Of a stretch of 64,000 nucleotides of DNA, positions 52,901-64,000 are shown piece after piece. Position 1 is the stretch's first letter. Each line of letters opens with the position of its first letter. The notes beneath the pieces are model-generated. The model was not told the origin of the DNA, did not search any database, and saw only the letters and a list, made by a program, of their open reading frames with translations. Location of the stretch: the NCBI RefSeq assembly GCF_031769215.1, contig NW_026782152.1, positions 496,001 through 560,000 of the forward strand, in the 5' to 3' direction. The translations under genes were made by a program, and so were the position numbers. Source of the DNA: Ylistrum balloti. Taxonomy: Eukaryota.

Positions 52901-55900
52901 TGTGCACAACCTTCAATAGTTGACTGAACATACCCACACAGGATGATAAACAGGTGGAAAAGTGTGCACAACCTTCCATAGCTGACTGAAAATACCCACA
53001 CATGATGATGAACAGGTGGGAAAGTGTGCACAACCTTCTATAGCTGACTGAACATACCCACACAGGATGATGTACAGGTGGGAAAGTGTGCACAACCTCC
53101 CATAGCTGACTCAACATACCCACACATGATGATGAACAGGTGGGAAAGTGTGCACAACCTTCTATAGCTGACTGAACATACCCACACAGGATGATAAACA
53201 GGTGGAAAAGTGTGCACAACCTTCCATAGCTGACTGAAAATACCCACACAGGATGATGTACAGGTGGGAAAGTGTGCACAACCTTCCATAGCTGACTGAA
53301 CATACACACAGAGAATGATTTGGCAGGTACACACATATTCACTTAAAACAGCGTAAAAAGAAAATATAACATCCTTACTATAGATTTCTCATTTCGGAAT
53401 ATAGATGATCCTTTGCAAAAAGTGAGGAGTATGTATTGTATGTACCTTTTCTATCACCTTGTGATATTTGCAAAGAAACTTCACCAGGCAGTAGGAGAGG
53501 GTTTATATTGCACCAGCTACCAGGCGAGTAAGCAATATGTGCCAACCACCTGAGTTTTGTGCTTTTCATTACACAAATTAAAGAATCTTTTTATCTCCTT
53601 TCAACAATCTACACTGTATAAAAAGAAAAACAATTCACTTCAGAAAACCAAATATTTTGTTATCGATATGCAATAATCTTTTTCTACTCTTTACATTTCA
53701 TTTTTTTTTATTTTCAGAGAGAAGATTTTACTTTTTTGTTCACAGTTTAATGATAATCACACTAGCTACAACTTAACAGCACATCATACAGCAGCAATCA
53801 GCCTGTTATGTTCATTTTTCCGTTGATTTTGAAATCAAAGAGTAACTGTTGCTTTTAGTATTGAATGTCTGTTATGTTTTTACCAGCGAACAATGACTGA
53901 GCATTCAAATCCAAGACAACTTAAAATAGAGTTTGTTTTGCTGATCATGCATTTCTTTTCCTTCACTATGTTTAAATATCTGCAAAGATTCTGTGTTTAT
54001 TCAAATCAACAACTTGAAAAAAAACAATCCTTTTCTATTAGCTCAAGATGATAATAACAGTGGGACAGGATTGATATCACACCACCTACCCAGCAAGTAG
54101 ACAAAGCATGACAACCACCTAGGTTTTTGTGTCTTTGGTACTTATTGTCAGATGAATACAGCAAGTTTGTAACAGTTGCTATGGAAGTAGTAATCACCAA
54201 CAGGTTAAATTTTGGTCAGACCACTTAACAGCTACAAACTCTCAATATCAATTAGAACTTAAGTCATCCTAACAAGAAACCAAAAAGCATTAAAAGTATT
54301 ACCTGGTACTTTCTTGACTTTTTCTGTGTCATTTTCAATGGTGTATCTCAGATCTCTGAACATTCTCTTCTCTCTCGATGCCTGAGACACCAGCTGTAAA
54401 TTAGACTTAGGCTTAAATCCACTGCTTAATGTTACTTTCATTGGGCTGACCATGTCCATGTGAGCCTCACTCTGGCGTGGCAATGCCCGAACCCCTACCC
54501 TACTTTTGACTCCTCCAGCCACCTTGGCCACAGGACTTGCCACCTCCCTACTCCTGTGTTTCTGAGGTCCAGTCCTAGATTTGACAGGGATCACTCCTGC
54601 AGTTTTACTTATGTGGGGTACACTGTCTCCAGGCCCACTGTTAGACCGAGATGTCCTTTGGAATGGTTGCACAGTAGCACTCTCTGAAATAGATTTACAA
54701 CAGTAAATCCAGGTAATCCTCTGGTGATAATGCCATCAAAGAATGAAATAAAAAGGCATGAATAAAATATCTATTTAATTTTTCTCAGGTTTTGCCCAAG
54801 CCTGAAAGTTTTGTGTGTGTCTAGAATAGAAATATCTAACAATTCCAGTGAATATCACAGATCTGTGGCTACTCGCCATGTTTAAAGAGCTATGTCAAAT
54901 AAAGCAATGTATACATATTTGGACACTTTACTTTTGCTACATTCTAATTTCCAAGTTGTGTTGAATGAAACAATTGTTTCCATGATGCTGTTGACAGGCT
55001 TTTTGTCCGAGTACCCATCATTAAAAAAAAATCATTTTCAGTGTTTACATTTTGCATAAATCTTTTTATTAATCAATGTAATGAAGACAATCAAGTATGT
55101 TTGTAGAGAGTTACTTATATTCATTTTAGTTTTAATTTGTTTCCCCTGTAATTTGATATTATTCACACAAACGAGACACACCAAGACATTTGAAAAGAAG
55201 CTCATGAAACCTGCATATTTCAAGCAGCTTATATGTTGACAAACGCAGATCTCTAAACTTTTAAGTGTTCTGATGTTGCAGATAGTTCTGTGATCTTGAT
55301 AAGAACAGATTTTAATAATTTTTTTTAATAAAATCAAATATTCACTATAAAATTTTTACCTGTAACATAAAAGTTAAATACCATTTTGGTATCTTTTGAC
55401 GTATACACTAAGAGTGCATAACTGCCTTTCAGCTTATTTGTTAGTATATATGAACGGACTGATTCATATCTTGTCCTCAGATCTAATCTACCATGATTAA
55501 GTACATCAAAACGGTTTGACAACAGGTAAACAAAGTTACTTAATATTCTAACATCCTTATTGCTATGACTTCCATGCTATTTTCATTTAAACTTGAAAAA
55601 AATATGAAAAGAAATTATTTCTTTAGAACCTCTACCTTTCTCACTATATAATTTCCGTTCTTGGAGTATTTCCTGCATTTTGGACGATACAGACTTTTCT
55701 GCTGCACTGACTGCTTTGACTAGAAGGGATTTGTTTGCCTGTAGAGCTGCTGGCACACTGGACCTGTAAACATAAAATATGTATACTTTACTGGTATCAA
55801 ACCAGGATCATATCTATAAAACACTAATGAAGACAACAATCTGCAGTAATAACTAATCTACATTACAATATATCAAGTAGATGAAGTGCATAGTGTGCTA

Positions 55901-58900
55901 ATCTAGATTTCAGATTGAAAGTATGCATGCAGATAAAGTGAATAGAGTGTCAGTCTAGAGCTAAGATTGAAAGTTTTCCAAAAGATCAATTAAATACTAT
56001 CAGTCCAGAGCTCAAATTAAATTTTGTCCAGTAGATAAATTAGAATGAATGTCGCCCAGTATATAATTGGATAGTGTCAGTCTAGAGATTGCAGGTGCCA
56101 CAATCATGTCTTACAGCTGAGTCAAAGTATTGCCCTCTCCTGTTATACAATTCAATATCAAAAGTGTTATTTAAAACACTTATCATGTACATGACTCAAG
56201 TAGGCAAATACTTCCTACTAAAGTTACATTCAAAATTCTTGTTATACTCACTTTCTGTCTGTGACTCTAATAACACTGGCCACACTACCCACAGCAGGAT
56301 TGTAGGGATCATATTCTTCCTCCTCAAACTCAGTAAACTTTCGCTTGACATTCCCCACAACTGACATAGGCTGCTTTCGCTTTACTGGAGACACCTAGCC
56401 AAATACACAACACTGTACAGTGGCTTTAACATCAAATACTGAAAAAAACTGATATCATCGATTAAACATTTACATATTGCTATGATATGTGTTACACAAA
56501 TGAAGACATATTACAAGATTTCCTTCTAGCATGTCTACAACTAGTTCTATGCTTTCTATATATCCTTGAAGATTAATCTGTGATTTGTGTCTAAGTACAA
56601 CTGTTACCTGTCTCTGTGTTTCTGATGCTGCCCGTTTCACTGGTACTGCCATGGCCTTTGGCACTTGTCCAATTCGGCTGTGCACTGACCCTAATCGTTT
56701 AGTCACTGAAGGCTTAACCATCACTGACCGAATGTAAGTTGTGTCTCCAGAAGACTTGACAGAAGGTTTGACTTCAGCACTGGCTGTTGACGTGGGATTT
56801 GTTTTTGTGGTAGGTGAGACTTTGGATGATGTCTTTATCTGACCAGTACTGGGTGTAGAAACCTCACTGGTCTTCTTATTACCCTTGATCTCCTCTGGCT
56901 TAAATTCCTCACTAAATTCATCTAAATGGAAAGATATTTTCACCATACTTTAAAATTTTTGGTATACTTATAGATCAAAGGACTACTTGCTTGTCCCTTA
57001 GAGACACTATAGGGCATTGCACTAAATCCTTTTTGTGCTAATTGCAAGTTTGGTATATAACTTTCTATAATACATCCTGGATTCATCAATTCACCTTTAT
57101 GATAATCTCAGAAAGTTTGATGTTGCAGTACCCCCAGAATATGATTTCACTACAACAATTTACATCTCGTTTAGACTGGCTAATATTTATTAGCATGTCA
57201 GACATTTTAATCACATTTCTGACATGCTAGAAAAATATAATACTTTTGTTTGAAATTATTCATATGAGCCCCAAGAAATGTTAAAAACAGGACAAGAAAC
57301 TAGAAAATTATTTTATATAACTTTCAGTGCTTATATATATGCCATAGTTTTAACATGCTGTACAATTGTACAATCTTAATCTTACCAGTTTCCGACTTGT
57401 CAAGAAGTAAAGGAACATATTCTTCATCACCCTTGATCTTTTTTGCATCTTTGATTGCCTTGTGCGTTTTTGCAGCAAAAGATTTTGGCCCTTTTGTAAC
57501 ATTTTTTTCCTTTGTAACAGTTTTTTCTGTGACAGATTTGTCAGTCTTTTCGGGAATTTTCTTTTTCTTCACAACATTTTGCTGGTTCATGCTTTCTGTC
57601 TCTGATTTCTCTAGCTCTTGACTTTTCTGTTTATCTAAAATGTTAAAGAATTCAACGTTATATTGAGATGGAATCACCAAAATATAAATAAATAGGTAAA
57701 GTTTTGGAGAAAAACACAATTTATACATGTTCAATGAAACCTCAGATCAAAAACATCATGATGATCATTCTTTTATCTGCTACTAATTCCACAATTATGA
57801 TCTGTAGTCAGATTGAAATGCTTTTATTAAATTTTATTAAGTTAGAAGCAAGACAAACATACCTGTTCCCAATGTTTGCAGTTTATCCAACAGTCCATTC
57901 AACCTGTCAGGATAAAAATAAACAAATATAAAGAAAAAGTCAGGATTTGATTTATCATAGTTTGGCTATCATGGTACATTTTAGGATTTCAGGAAAAACA
58001 TATCATCATTCATATGTGCACAGGTTTTAAATTCCATCTGCAATATCTACCTATCGTACTCTATCACAAACAATTTACATACCCAACAGAAACCTTTATG
58101 ATTCAAATTTTGACTACATATCTTTACAACAGACATATAAGTAAACTAAAATTATTGAAATTGCATCATATCGTACCAAGATGTGAATTTTTCTGTGTTG
58201 GAACTTAGAAAAAGACCCAGGTCTTCAGTCATCTGAGTCTGACTTTTCTTATTTGCCACCATTACCATGATGTAATCTGGCAATTCATCATCTACAAAAT
58301 AAGAAAATCTATTAAACAACTTATAATGTGTATACTTCAACTTTAAAAAAAATGAAGTGTGCATTTTATGGCAAGCTCACACATACTTAAAATACAATAG
58401 AACTTTTTTGATCAGATATCAATCACACTTTTTCATTCCACAATATCACCAATGAAAATGACTTAAGGTTTCATATATACCAATGTAACTAAAACATAGC
58501 AAACAAATATTAGCCCTAGTCATGAAGCATTCCCATTTACACCATTTAGAGTGTATTTACATTCAAATCTCATCTTTTACCCTCTACTTTCCAGATTAGT
58601 TGCAAAGTTTAAAAAAAATATCATTAATATATTCTTTTTTAATACCCAAATTTTAGCTACAATGAGAACTTTGTCAGGAATATGGAACTCCCATGTCTTA
58701 GTATTGTCATACACTTAACAAATTTTCTTACCAACATAAGCTCCAAGTTCGATCAGCTTAGCTTTAATTGCGGACTGAAAGGAAAATAACTGTAAGTCAA
58801 TTTCAATATCTTTTTACACTTAAAATAATTCCAGATATATTATATACAGATCATTCATTATCTTTAAACTTTCATAATTTGCTCATCAGTAGTGTTATAA

Positions 58901-60014
58901 GTACTGAACTCTGTGAGAAAAAAAATCTTACAAGTAAAATGGAAGTTTGTTATGAAAAGAATAATAATAATAAAGAAAGAAAGAAAGACAGAATAATCAA
59001 GTCTGTTAACCATGTAAATAAAATGATTAACAACCATATACCTGCTTCTCATGAATACACATCTTCAATGACCTCTGCAGAGTTATAGCTTTAAAACTAC
59101 TTGGCAAGATTACGTGTTTCCATAATAAATGCTTATCTTGTATAGACAACACAATGTGACAAAATCATAATGTTTCAAAATTACAACAATTTTAGCCATT
59201 TTCTGTGGATCCTCAAAAGTCAGTGGATGTTTTCAATTTTTTCAAGTAGTGTAGTTGCTTTTGGAAGTTACACACATTGAACATTTGTGTTTCTAACTTC
59301 AAAGAAAAAGAAAACAACTGAAAAGCAACAGCATCAGCTTTAGTAGTGCCAGGGACGTATAAAAGATAAAAAAAAACAGGACCAGTGGAGACTTCTCTGG
59401 CATTGGCTTTTATGTTTGTTCACTGGAGTCCCCCTCTCACCGAGCCCCCTCCATGTTGTCATCTAAACTTCATCTACAAACACTTTTCGGAAACTAAGAA
59501 GTAAATATCATTTTCAGAACAAAAATTAGAAAATTTAGATGCATTTTAATCTAAAATATTTAAAGATGACTTTCTTCATATTTGGGACTGAAAGTGGTAT
59601 ACATCATAGAATGGTGTTTCAGTTTTGAATAGCTCAACCTTGCGGTTTTTAATATCAAAGATGACAGAAATTATTTGTCTAACATGTTGTTACAGTCAAT
59701 TTGAAAATTCGTAAGCATTCTACTACTGTTTATTTTTAACGGATTTGTAAGGCATTTTTTTTTTTTTTTTTTAGAAAACTGCTTTAGTAACATACTCGGA
59801 TTTCTTTGCTACAGCCTAACAAAGAAATATAAGAAGTTTCTTATCTATCTGTATTATACGTCATTCCTTTCAGTAGTAGACGCAAACGATCGCCGACGTT
59901 CGAAGACCGACCGTTTCTGATGTTCAGCGCCGATTATAGATAGCATGCACGCTGATTTCATGTATCAGAAGCACGTACCCTGATTTTCTTGCTTATGTCC
60001 TTTCCAATATCCAT
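43982..60014 (-). CDS. ZC3H14: Zinc finger CCCH domain-containing protein 14 (Nab2 orthologue): PWI-like N-terminus and five CCCH fingers; 16 exons, 897 aa
   Basis: Exons (minus) 60014-59979, 58774-58732, 58291-58177, 57903-57863, 57634-57386, 56921-56608, 56394-56252, 55763-55636, 54683-54303, 47261-46904, 46545-46256, 46115-45980, 45834-45692, 44997-44858, 44561-44443, 44039-43982; total 2694 nt with matching phases. N-terminus MDIGKDISKKIRSAIKAKLIELGAYVDDELPDYIMVMVANKKSQTQMTEDLGLFL; fingers CRFWPAC, CKMFPQC, CKFDAKC, CKFYPNC, CRFGMSC. Confidence 0.95.
45050..45430. repeat. Purine-rich 18-22-bp simple repeat in a ZC3H14 intron
   Basis: (GA)n-AAGAGGAAAAAACA units on the + strand; accounts for the spurious ORFs 44831-45445, 45048-45452 and 45079-45468. 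Confidence 0.97.
49314..49378 (-). ncRNA. Candidate structured intronic RNA element of unknown class (representative copy)
   Basis: Sense sequence AGCACAAAACUCAGGUGGUUGUCAUGUGUUGCCUACUCUCCUGGUAGCUGGUGCGAUAUAAACCC. Helices GUGUUGC/GCGAUAU and CUAC/GUAG keep pairing in all ten intact copies. Function is inferred, not shown. Confidence 0.45.
52515..53310. repeat. 62-bp minisatellite, about 13 units, in ZC3H14 intron 9
   Basis: Consensus CAGGTGG(A/G)AAAGTGTGCACAACCTTC..TAGCTGACTGAACATACCCACACAGGATGATGAA; CCCACACA recurs at 52561, 52623 and 52685. Confidence 0.97.
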
Positions 60015-61281
60015 CTTGAAATCTTCCCTTTTCCTGTTGTTCCAATGTTGTGTTTTCTATGTATTTTCCGTGGAAAATTGTCAACCACTCGGCATCGCTG
60101 CAGGACCGGATATCAGTATTTATATATGGGAGAGAACTCTATATTACTTAAGTCTATCGACAGAAAATCGTCGGCCACCGTAAAGTTAACGGGAAGTGCC
60201 GACGATTCCCGACTGCACCAACTTGAAGTCAGTACATTTTTGTAATATTCAACAGAGCTCATCTTCTCTAGATTCAAAAATGATTAATTGTATCAGAGAC
60301 GTATATAACATATTGTGTTATGTACTTCTCTAAATCAGTAAATGTTAAGTTCGTTGTTACGTTAATTTGTCATATACTTACAATCTAATTCTTAAAGTAT
60401 ACTGCAAAACAACAGAGAAAATACCAACATGCTAATAGAGTCGTAATTAAAACTTTAGTCTGTGACAATACGAAAAATTTACACGGAGCCTGCTGAAAAA
60501 ATAAATGGAAAATAAGAACTGCTTTGTCGACAACACTCGCAATGAAACTCTTGGTCATTCCAAGTAACTTACGGTAATAAATCATGTTACATCACATCAA
60601 TGTAAACACGACAAAGGCGAACCAACTGCTATATCGACAATCATCAAACACATCCAACTTCAAATCACACAAGAAAATCAAATATAACCCAAAGTGGAAA
60701 ACTTCTCCGATGCATTTCTCTCTTCTCTTCTTCTTTTCTCTCTCTTACATACACTTTAAATGATTTCTTGCTGGTGAAGAATGGTCTGATCCACCATATC
60801 CTGGTTCAATTATAGATTTATTTACATTAGAAAGAAGATGTTGCGAACCAAGAAAAAAGTCCAATCAATCCTGTTTGATAGGGTTAGCTCGTCAGCACGT
60901 GTAGCGTCTAGTGTCTGGATGATGTTCCCTGGATATGTCAATTACAAGTACATTTCGATCTCCCAGTTACTGCCCTTCATTTCACTCGGTCATTACAGCC
61001 GAAGGAGGCCAAGACTGCTGCTAAGTTAATTAGACCAAATAAAATTTAAAAAAAAGATATGACTTTTTACTCCTTCAAGAGTTCTTTTTATACATCTTTC
61101 AGATAGATACTAACTTTCTACAATATCATAGCCTAAGACGTGCTGTCAAGAAATCATGTCATTTTAGAAAGACCCTCTCAGCCTGCAACTCAACTCCTCT
61201 TAGCATGTTTTTCTTAAATATTAAAGACTTAAAAGATTTCTGATTACGTCACTTGTCCGTGCGTGAACATATAACTACAAT

Positions 61282-61317
61282 CAGAGACGTATATAACACG
61301 TGTTATATACGTCTCTG
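61282..61317. repeat. Perfect 36-bp palindrome; member of a dispersed palindrome family
   Basis: CAGAGACGTATATAACAC|GTGTTATATACGTCTCTG; relatives at 17698-17729, 35534-35575, 60294-60331 and 61723-61765. Confidence 0.95.
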
Positions 61318-62778
61318 CTACAATGGTGACATAAAGAGCATACGTTGATGTTCACGCATTCCCACACAGTTCGACAATTCTCTTGAATTGTGCTTGAATC
61401 TTACTCTACGTTTTCCACAATTTATTCCGAATATTCCGAATAAGATTTTAAAATATACCTTATGAAGAAATTAAATATCCTATGTCAGATATCTATACAT
61501 AATGTAAGATATTTTATAAAATATATCATATCTATATGTAAATGTATTATGTTTTTCACAAAATAATAAAATAACACATACACATATATATACATTATTT
61601 TATAATTTTGTGAAAAACAAGATCAATATTGCACCTGGAATAACTGTTAACTTATTTTGCTGATGTTGTCAGGACTGTATATCTATATTGAAAGAAATAT
61701 AGAAAACCATTACCATCATACCCAGAGACGTTTATGACATGTGTATTTATGTTGTTATACGTCACAAATCAACTGATGTTTAGTTAATTCAATTTTGACG
61801 AGTCGGCCCAGGCTGTACACCATGTACCAGTTAGGACGTCGAGACATTATACACCCCTGGTTGCGAGTTCATATATATATATATATATATACGATAAATG
61901 GGGAAATATGTGTCAATGTTATAGCATCATGCATCTATCTAGTTATTTTCAATTTTATATATGATGATACATCGATCCTTATACGCATCTATTTCAAAAT
62001 GATCTCCAAATATAATATGTAACGTGGAAGTGGTAAACCATTAACATATGAACATCGTCAGTGTATATCTTTGTAGATATTGTTAAGAATAGATATCATT
62101 TAATACACCAGGAGGATAGACACAGCAAAGATTTTTTTTCACTGTCAATCCGTTTATCTATTCAAGGATATTCGATTTAATTTATATGAGTACTTGGCAA
62201 TCCGCAGAATATATATAAATACTCAAGATTCCATTGTGAGATTAAAAATATTTCCGCCAAAACTATAATGCCTGTGTCTAGTCCATACTTGTCAACAATC
62301 GTCTGCCGCTTGTCTTTCATTGACGCTTTAATTGATTCAATTAGCGGGTCTCAAGTTCATTGATTTGGTGCTTGCAATTCAAACTAATTTGCTCGTGATG
62401 TTTTCGTTACATAGCTAGAATGTCATCGCAAGAAACGTTAGATTTATTCTATATTCTTACACAGTATTTGGTAAACATGCAGAGTTTCTATAAATAGTCT
62501 GAGTGTTTAATGTCTTGATACTTTTAAATATTGTTGAGGCGATTGGCAAGTTTCAACGTGTTCGAAATAAATACCCGAATTATTTCCCTTCGGTGAAAAT
62601 TTAATGCACACAAGAGGTCGCCACAGTCGTAACCCTGGGAATTGACCAATCAAGAACTCTGTTATTAAAATGAAGAGGGAAGGGGAAAATTCAAAGATGG
62701 ATGATAATCAGCAATGTTCAACTTAATGTCAATGTAACTTGCATTGTATCTACAAAATCTGTCAATTATCTCATGTAG

Positions 62779-62870
62779 CCAAGAACGCGAAATGACGCTG
62801 ACGGCGTTAGAGAAGAGCAATAGGATGGAATGGGTAAAAATTCTCAGAAAATTAGTTGAAAGAAAGAAAA
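62779..62870 (+). CDS. Possible isolated coding exon of a gene continuing beyond the window
   Basis: CTCATGTAG| acceptor, open frame QEREMTLTALEKSNRMEWVKILRKLVERKK, then |GTAAGT donor. Resembles a PH-domain C-terminal helix; no partner exons identified. Confidence 0.4.
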
Positions 62871-64000
62871 GTAAGTTATGTCAAAAAGTGCGTCTGCAAA
62901 CGCAGATAATCTGCGTGGACATGTCTTTGTTATTATTACTTGTAGCTGTCTGTGTAAAGCCAGCGTCAAACAGCTAAGAAAATGCTATTGTCGATCCATA
63001 TGTAGATGCAATTATTTTGCAATTTTGTCGTGTATAATAATAGACCATTAAAAGACTTGCTCTGGTATATTAACTAATAACATAAAAATATTGAAATACG
63101 GTTACAAAAACTAATCTGACAGTCTGATTAGGGACATAGTACATTGAAAGGCGTTTGCAACTACATGTTTAATTAACGTTAGCAAGCAGGTAGTTATAAG
63201 TCAACTTTTAGTTAAACTAGCAGTTAAAATTATTATCTACACACATTTCCCATTATTTATGATATTGACACAAAATTTTCAATACAGTTACATTATCACT
63301 ATGAACCAGCCATTGTAAGCTTAAGAAAAGCCTATTAATGCATCCAACATTTTACTACAATTATTATGGATTAAGGTTTGACAAAAACTATTAAAATGAA
63401 AGGGACAGAGTTTTGCAAATAAGGAATTATATGCTGATGACTGAATGAATGCAACGTCTTTAGATTATATAATGTAGGAAAAAACATACATATACAATGA
63501 AAATTGATGTTCTCAAAATGAGATGTTAATTCATTAGTCAATGTCTAAAGTTGATAAATTTTAGAATTTTGAATATGGATGAAAAAGAAACAAATGTTTG
63601 GAATGTTTGTTTAACTAGTGCATTCTATACACTTAGTTAACTTATTGGGATTAGACATTTTAGCAGTGATGTTTGGTGTGAAAATTAACAATGATTCATG
63701 AAGTGGTTAATAAATATCAGGACATGTTTTTTTTTTTTTTTTGTACCACGGTTACTAGTAGGTAAATTTTCTTTGGAAGCAGACCAATAAAATTGAAGAT
63801 GTTAAATTTCATGATATAGATAAAACAAATTTATTTAATTTCATAATCATTTAAGCTCCATTTATTGTGTTTTATAAGGGAAACCATTATTGACATATGC
63901 ATTTCTGAAAAAAAGTTATTAATTGGAGCAGGCTGTGATTATAGTTAAAAGGCTAAGTGACAATATATACAGAGCTCTGCTCAAATTCACATATTATTAT

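Larger units (their letters stand above)
47833..54133 (-). repeat. Array of a conserved 65-nt motif within roughly 230-250-bp units in ZC3H14 intron 9
   Basis: Cores at 47833-47897, 48064-48128, 49067-49131, 49314-49378, 49549-49613, 49940-50004, 50854-50918, 51088-51152, 51657-51721 and 53499-53563; diverged copy about 54068-54133; decayed copies about 50630-50692 and 51441-51496. All are in the same orientation. Confidence 0.97.

Noticed and set aside
52446-53342. Repetitive ORFs such as VVHTFPPVHHPVWV
   Set aside because: Translations of the 62-bp minisatellite.
47833-53563. 65-nt motif as a tRNA, tRNA-derived SINE head, H/ACA or C/D snoRNA, SECIS, spliced leader or canonical pre-miRNA
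   Set aside because: The D-stem and T-loop do not form, and the A/B-box likeness is loose. ACAAAA fits box H, but there is no conserved ACA box or first hairpin. There is no UGAUGA/CUGA pair, no AUGA/GA core and no conserved Sm site. Large asymmetric bulges and a poor basal stem argue against Drosha processing. The AGCUGGUG match to the miR-138 5' end is treated as chance.
47754-53569. ORFs 47754-47945 and 53378-53569 (STKLRWL..AYSPGSWC) as alternative exons
   Set aside because: They are translations of the repeat core, with no consistent acceptor or polypyrimidine tract across copies.
55900-56090. Degenerate ATAGTGTCAGTCTAGAG repeats, and similar CCAGTTAGTCTGAA repeats at about 43670-43810
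   Set aside because: Short, highly decayed local tandem repeats with no conserved structure.
60838-61029. 63-aa plus-strand ORF upstream of ZC3H14
   Set aside because: No homology recognised, and it could not be phased with the 62779 exon candidate.

Overview
AT-rich eukaryotic genomic DNA with spliceosomal GT-AG introns; by inference an invertebrate, most likely a bivalve mollusc, judged from composition and repeat style. Five genes were reconstructed by hand with consistent splice phases. They are UBXN1 (+, 11 exons, 335 aa), a ZDHHC22-like palmitoyltransferase (-, 2 coding exons, 306 aa), an intronless CREBZF-like bZIP factor (+), a single-domain phospholipase B1-like SGNH lipase (+, 13 exons, 464 aa) and ZC3H14/Nab2 (-, 16 exons, 897 aa, five CCCH fingers). 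A possible exon of a sixth gene lies near the end. The window also holds a decayed RNase H-type LINE fragment, a MITE, interspersed repeats and several minisatellites, which explain the longest ORFs in the track. The main unexplained signal is in the 7-kb ZC3H14 intron: ten indel-free 65-nt copies of one motif, plus one diverged and two decayed copies, mostly spaced about 230-250 bp apart. The motif is better conserved than its flanks, and substitutions in its two inner helices keep base pairing on the sense strand. It is a candidate intronic structured-RNA array that matches no class I could recognise; this remains an untested inference.
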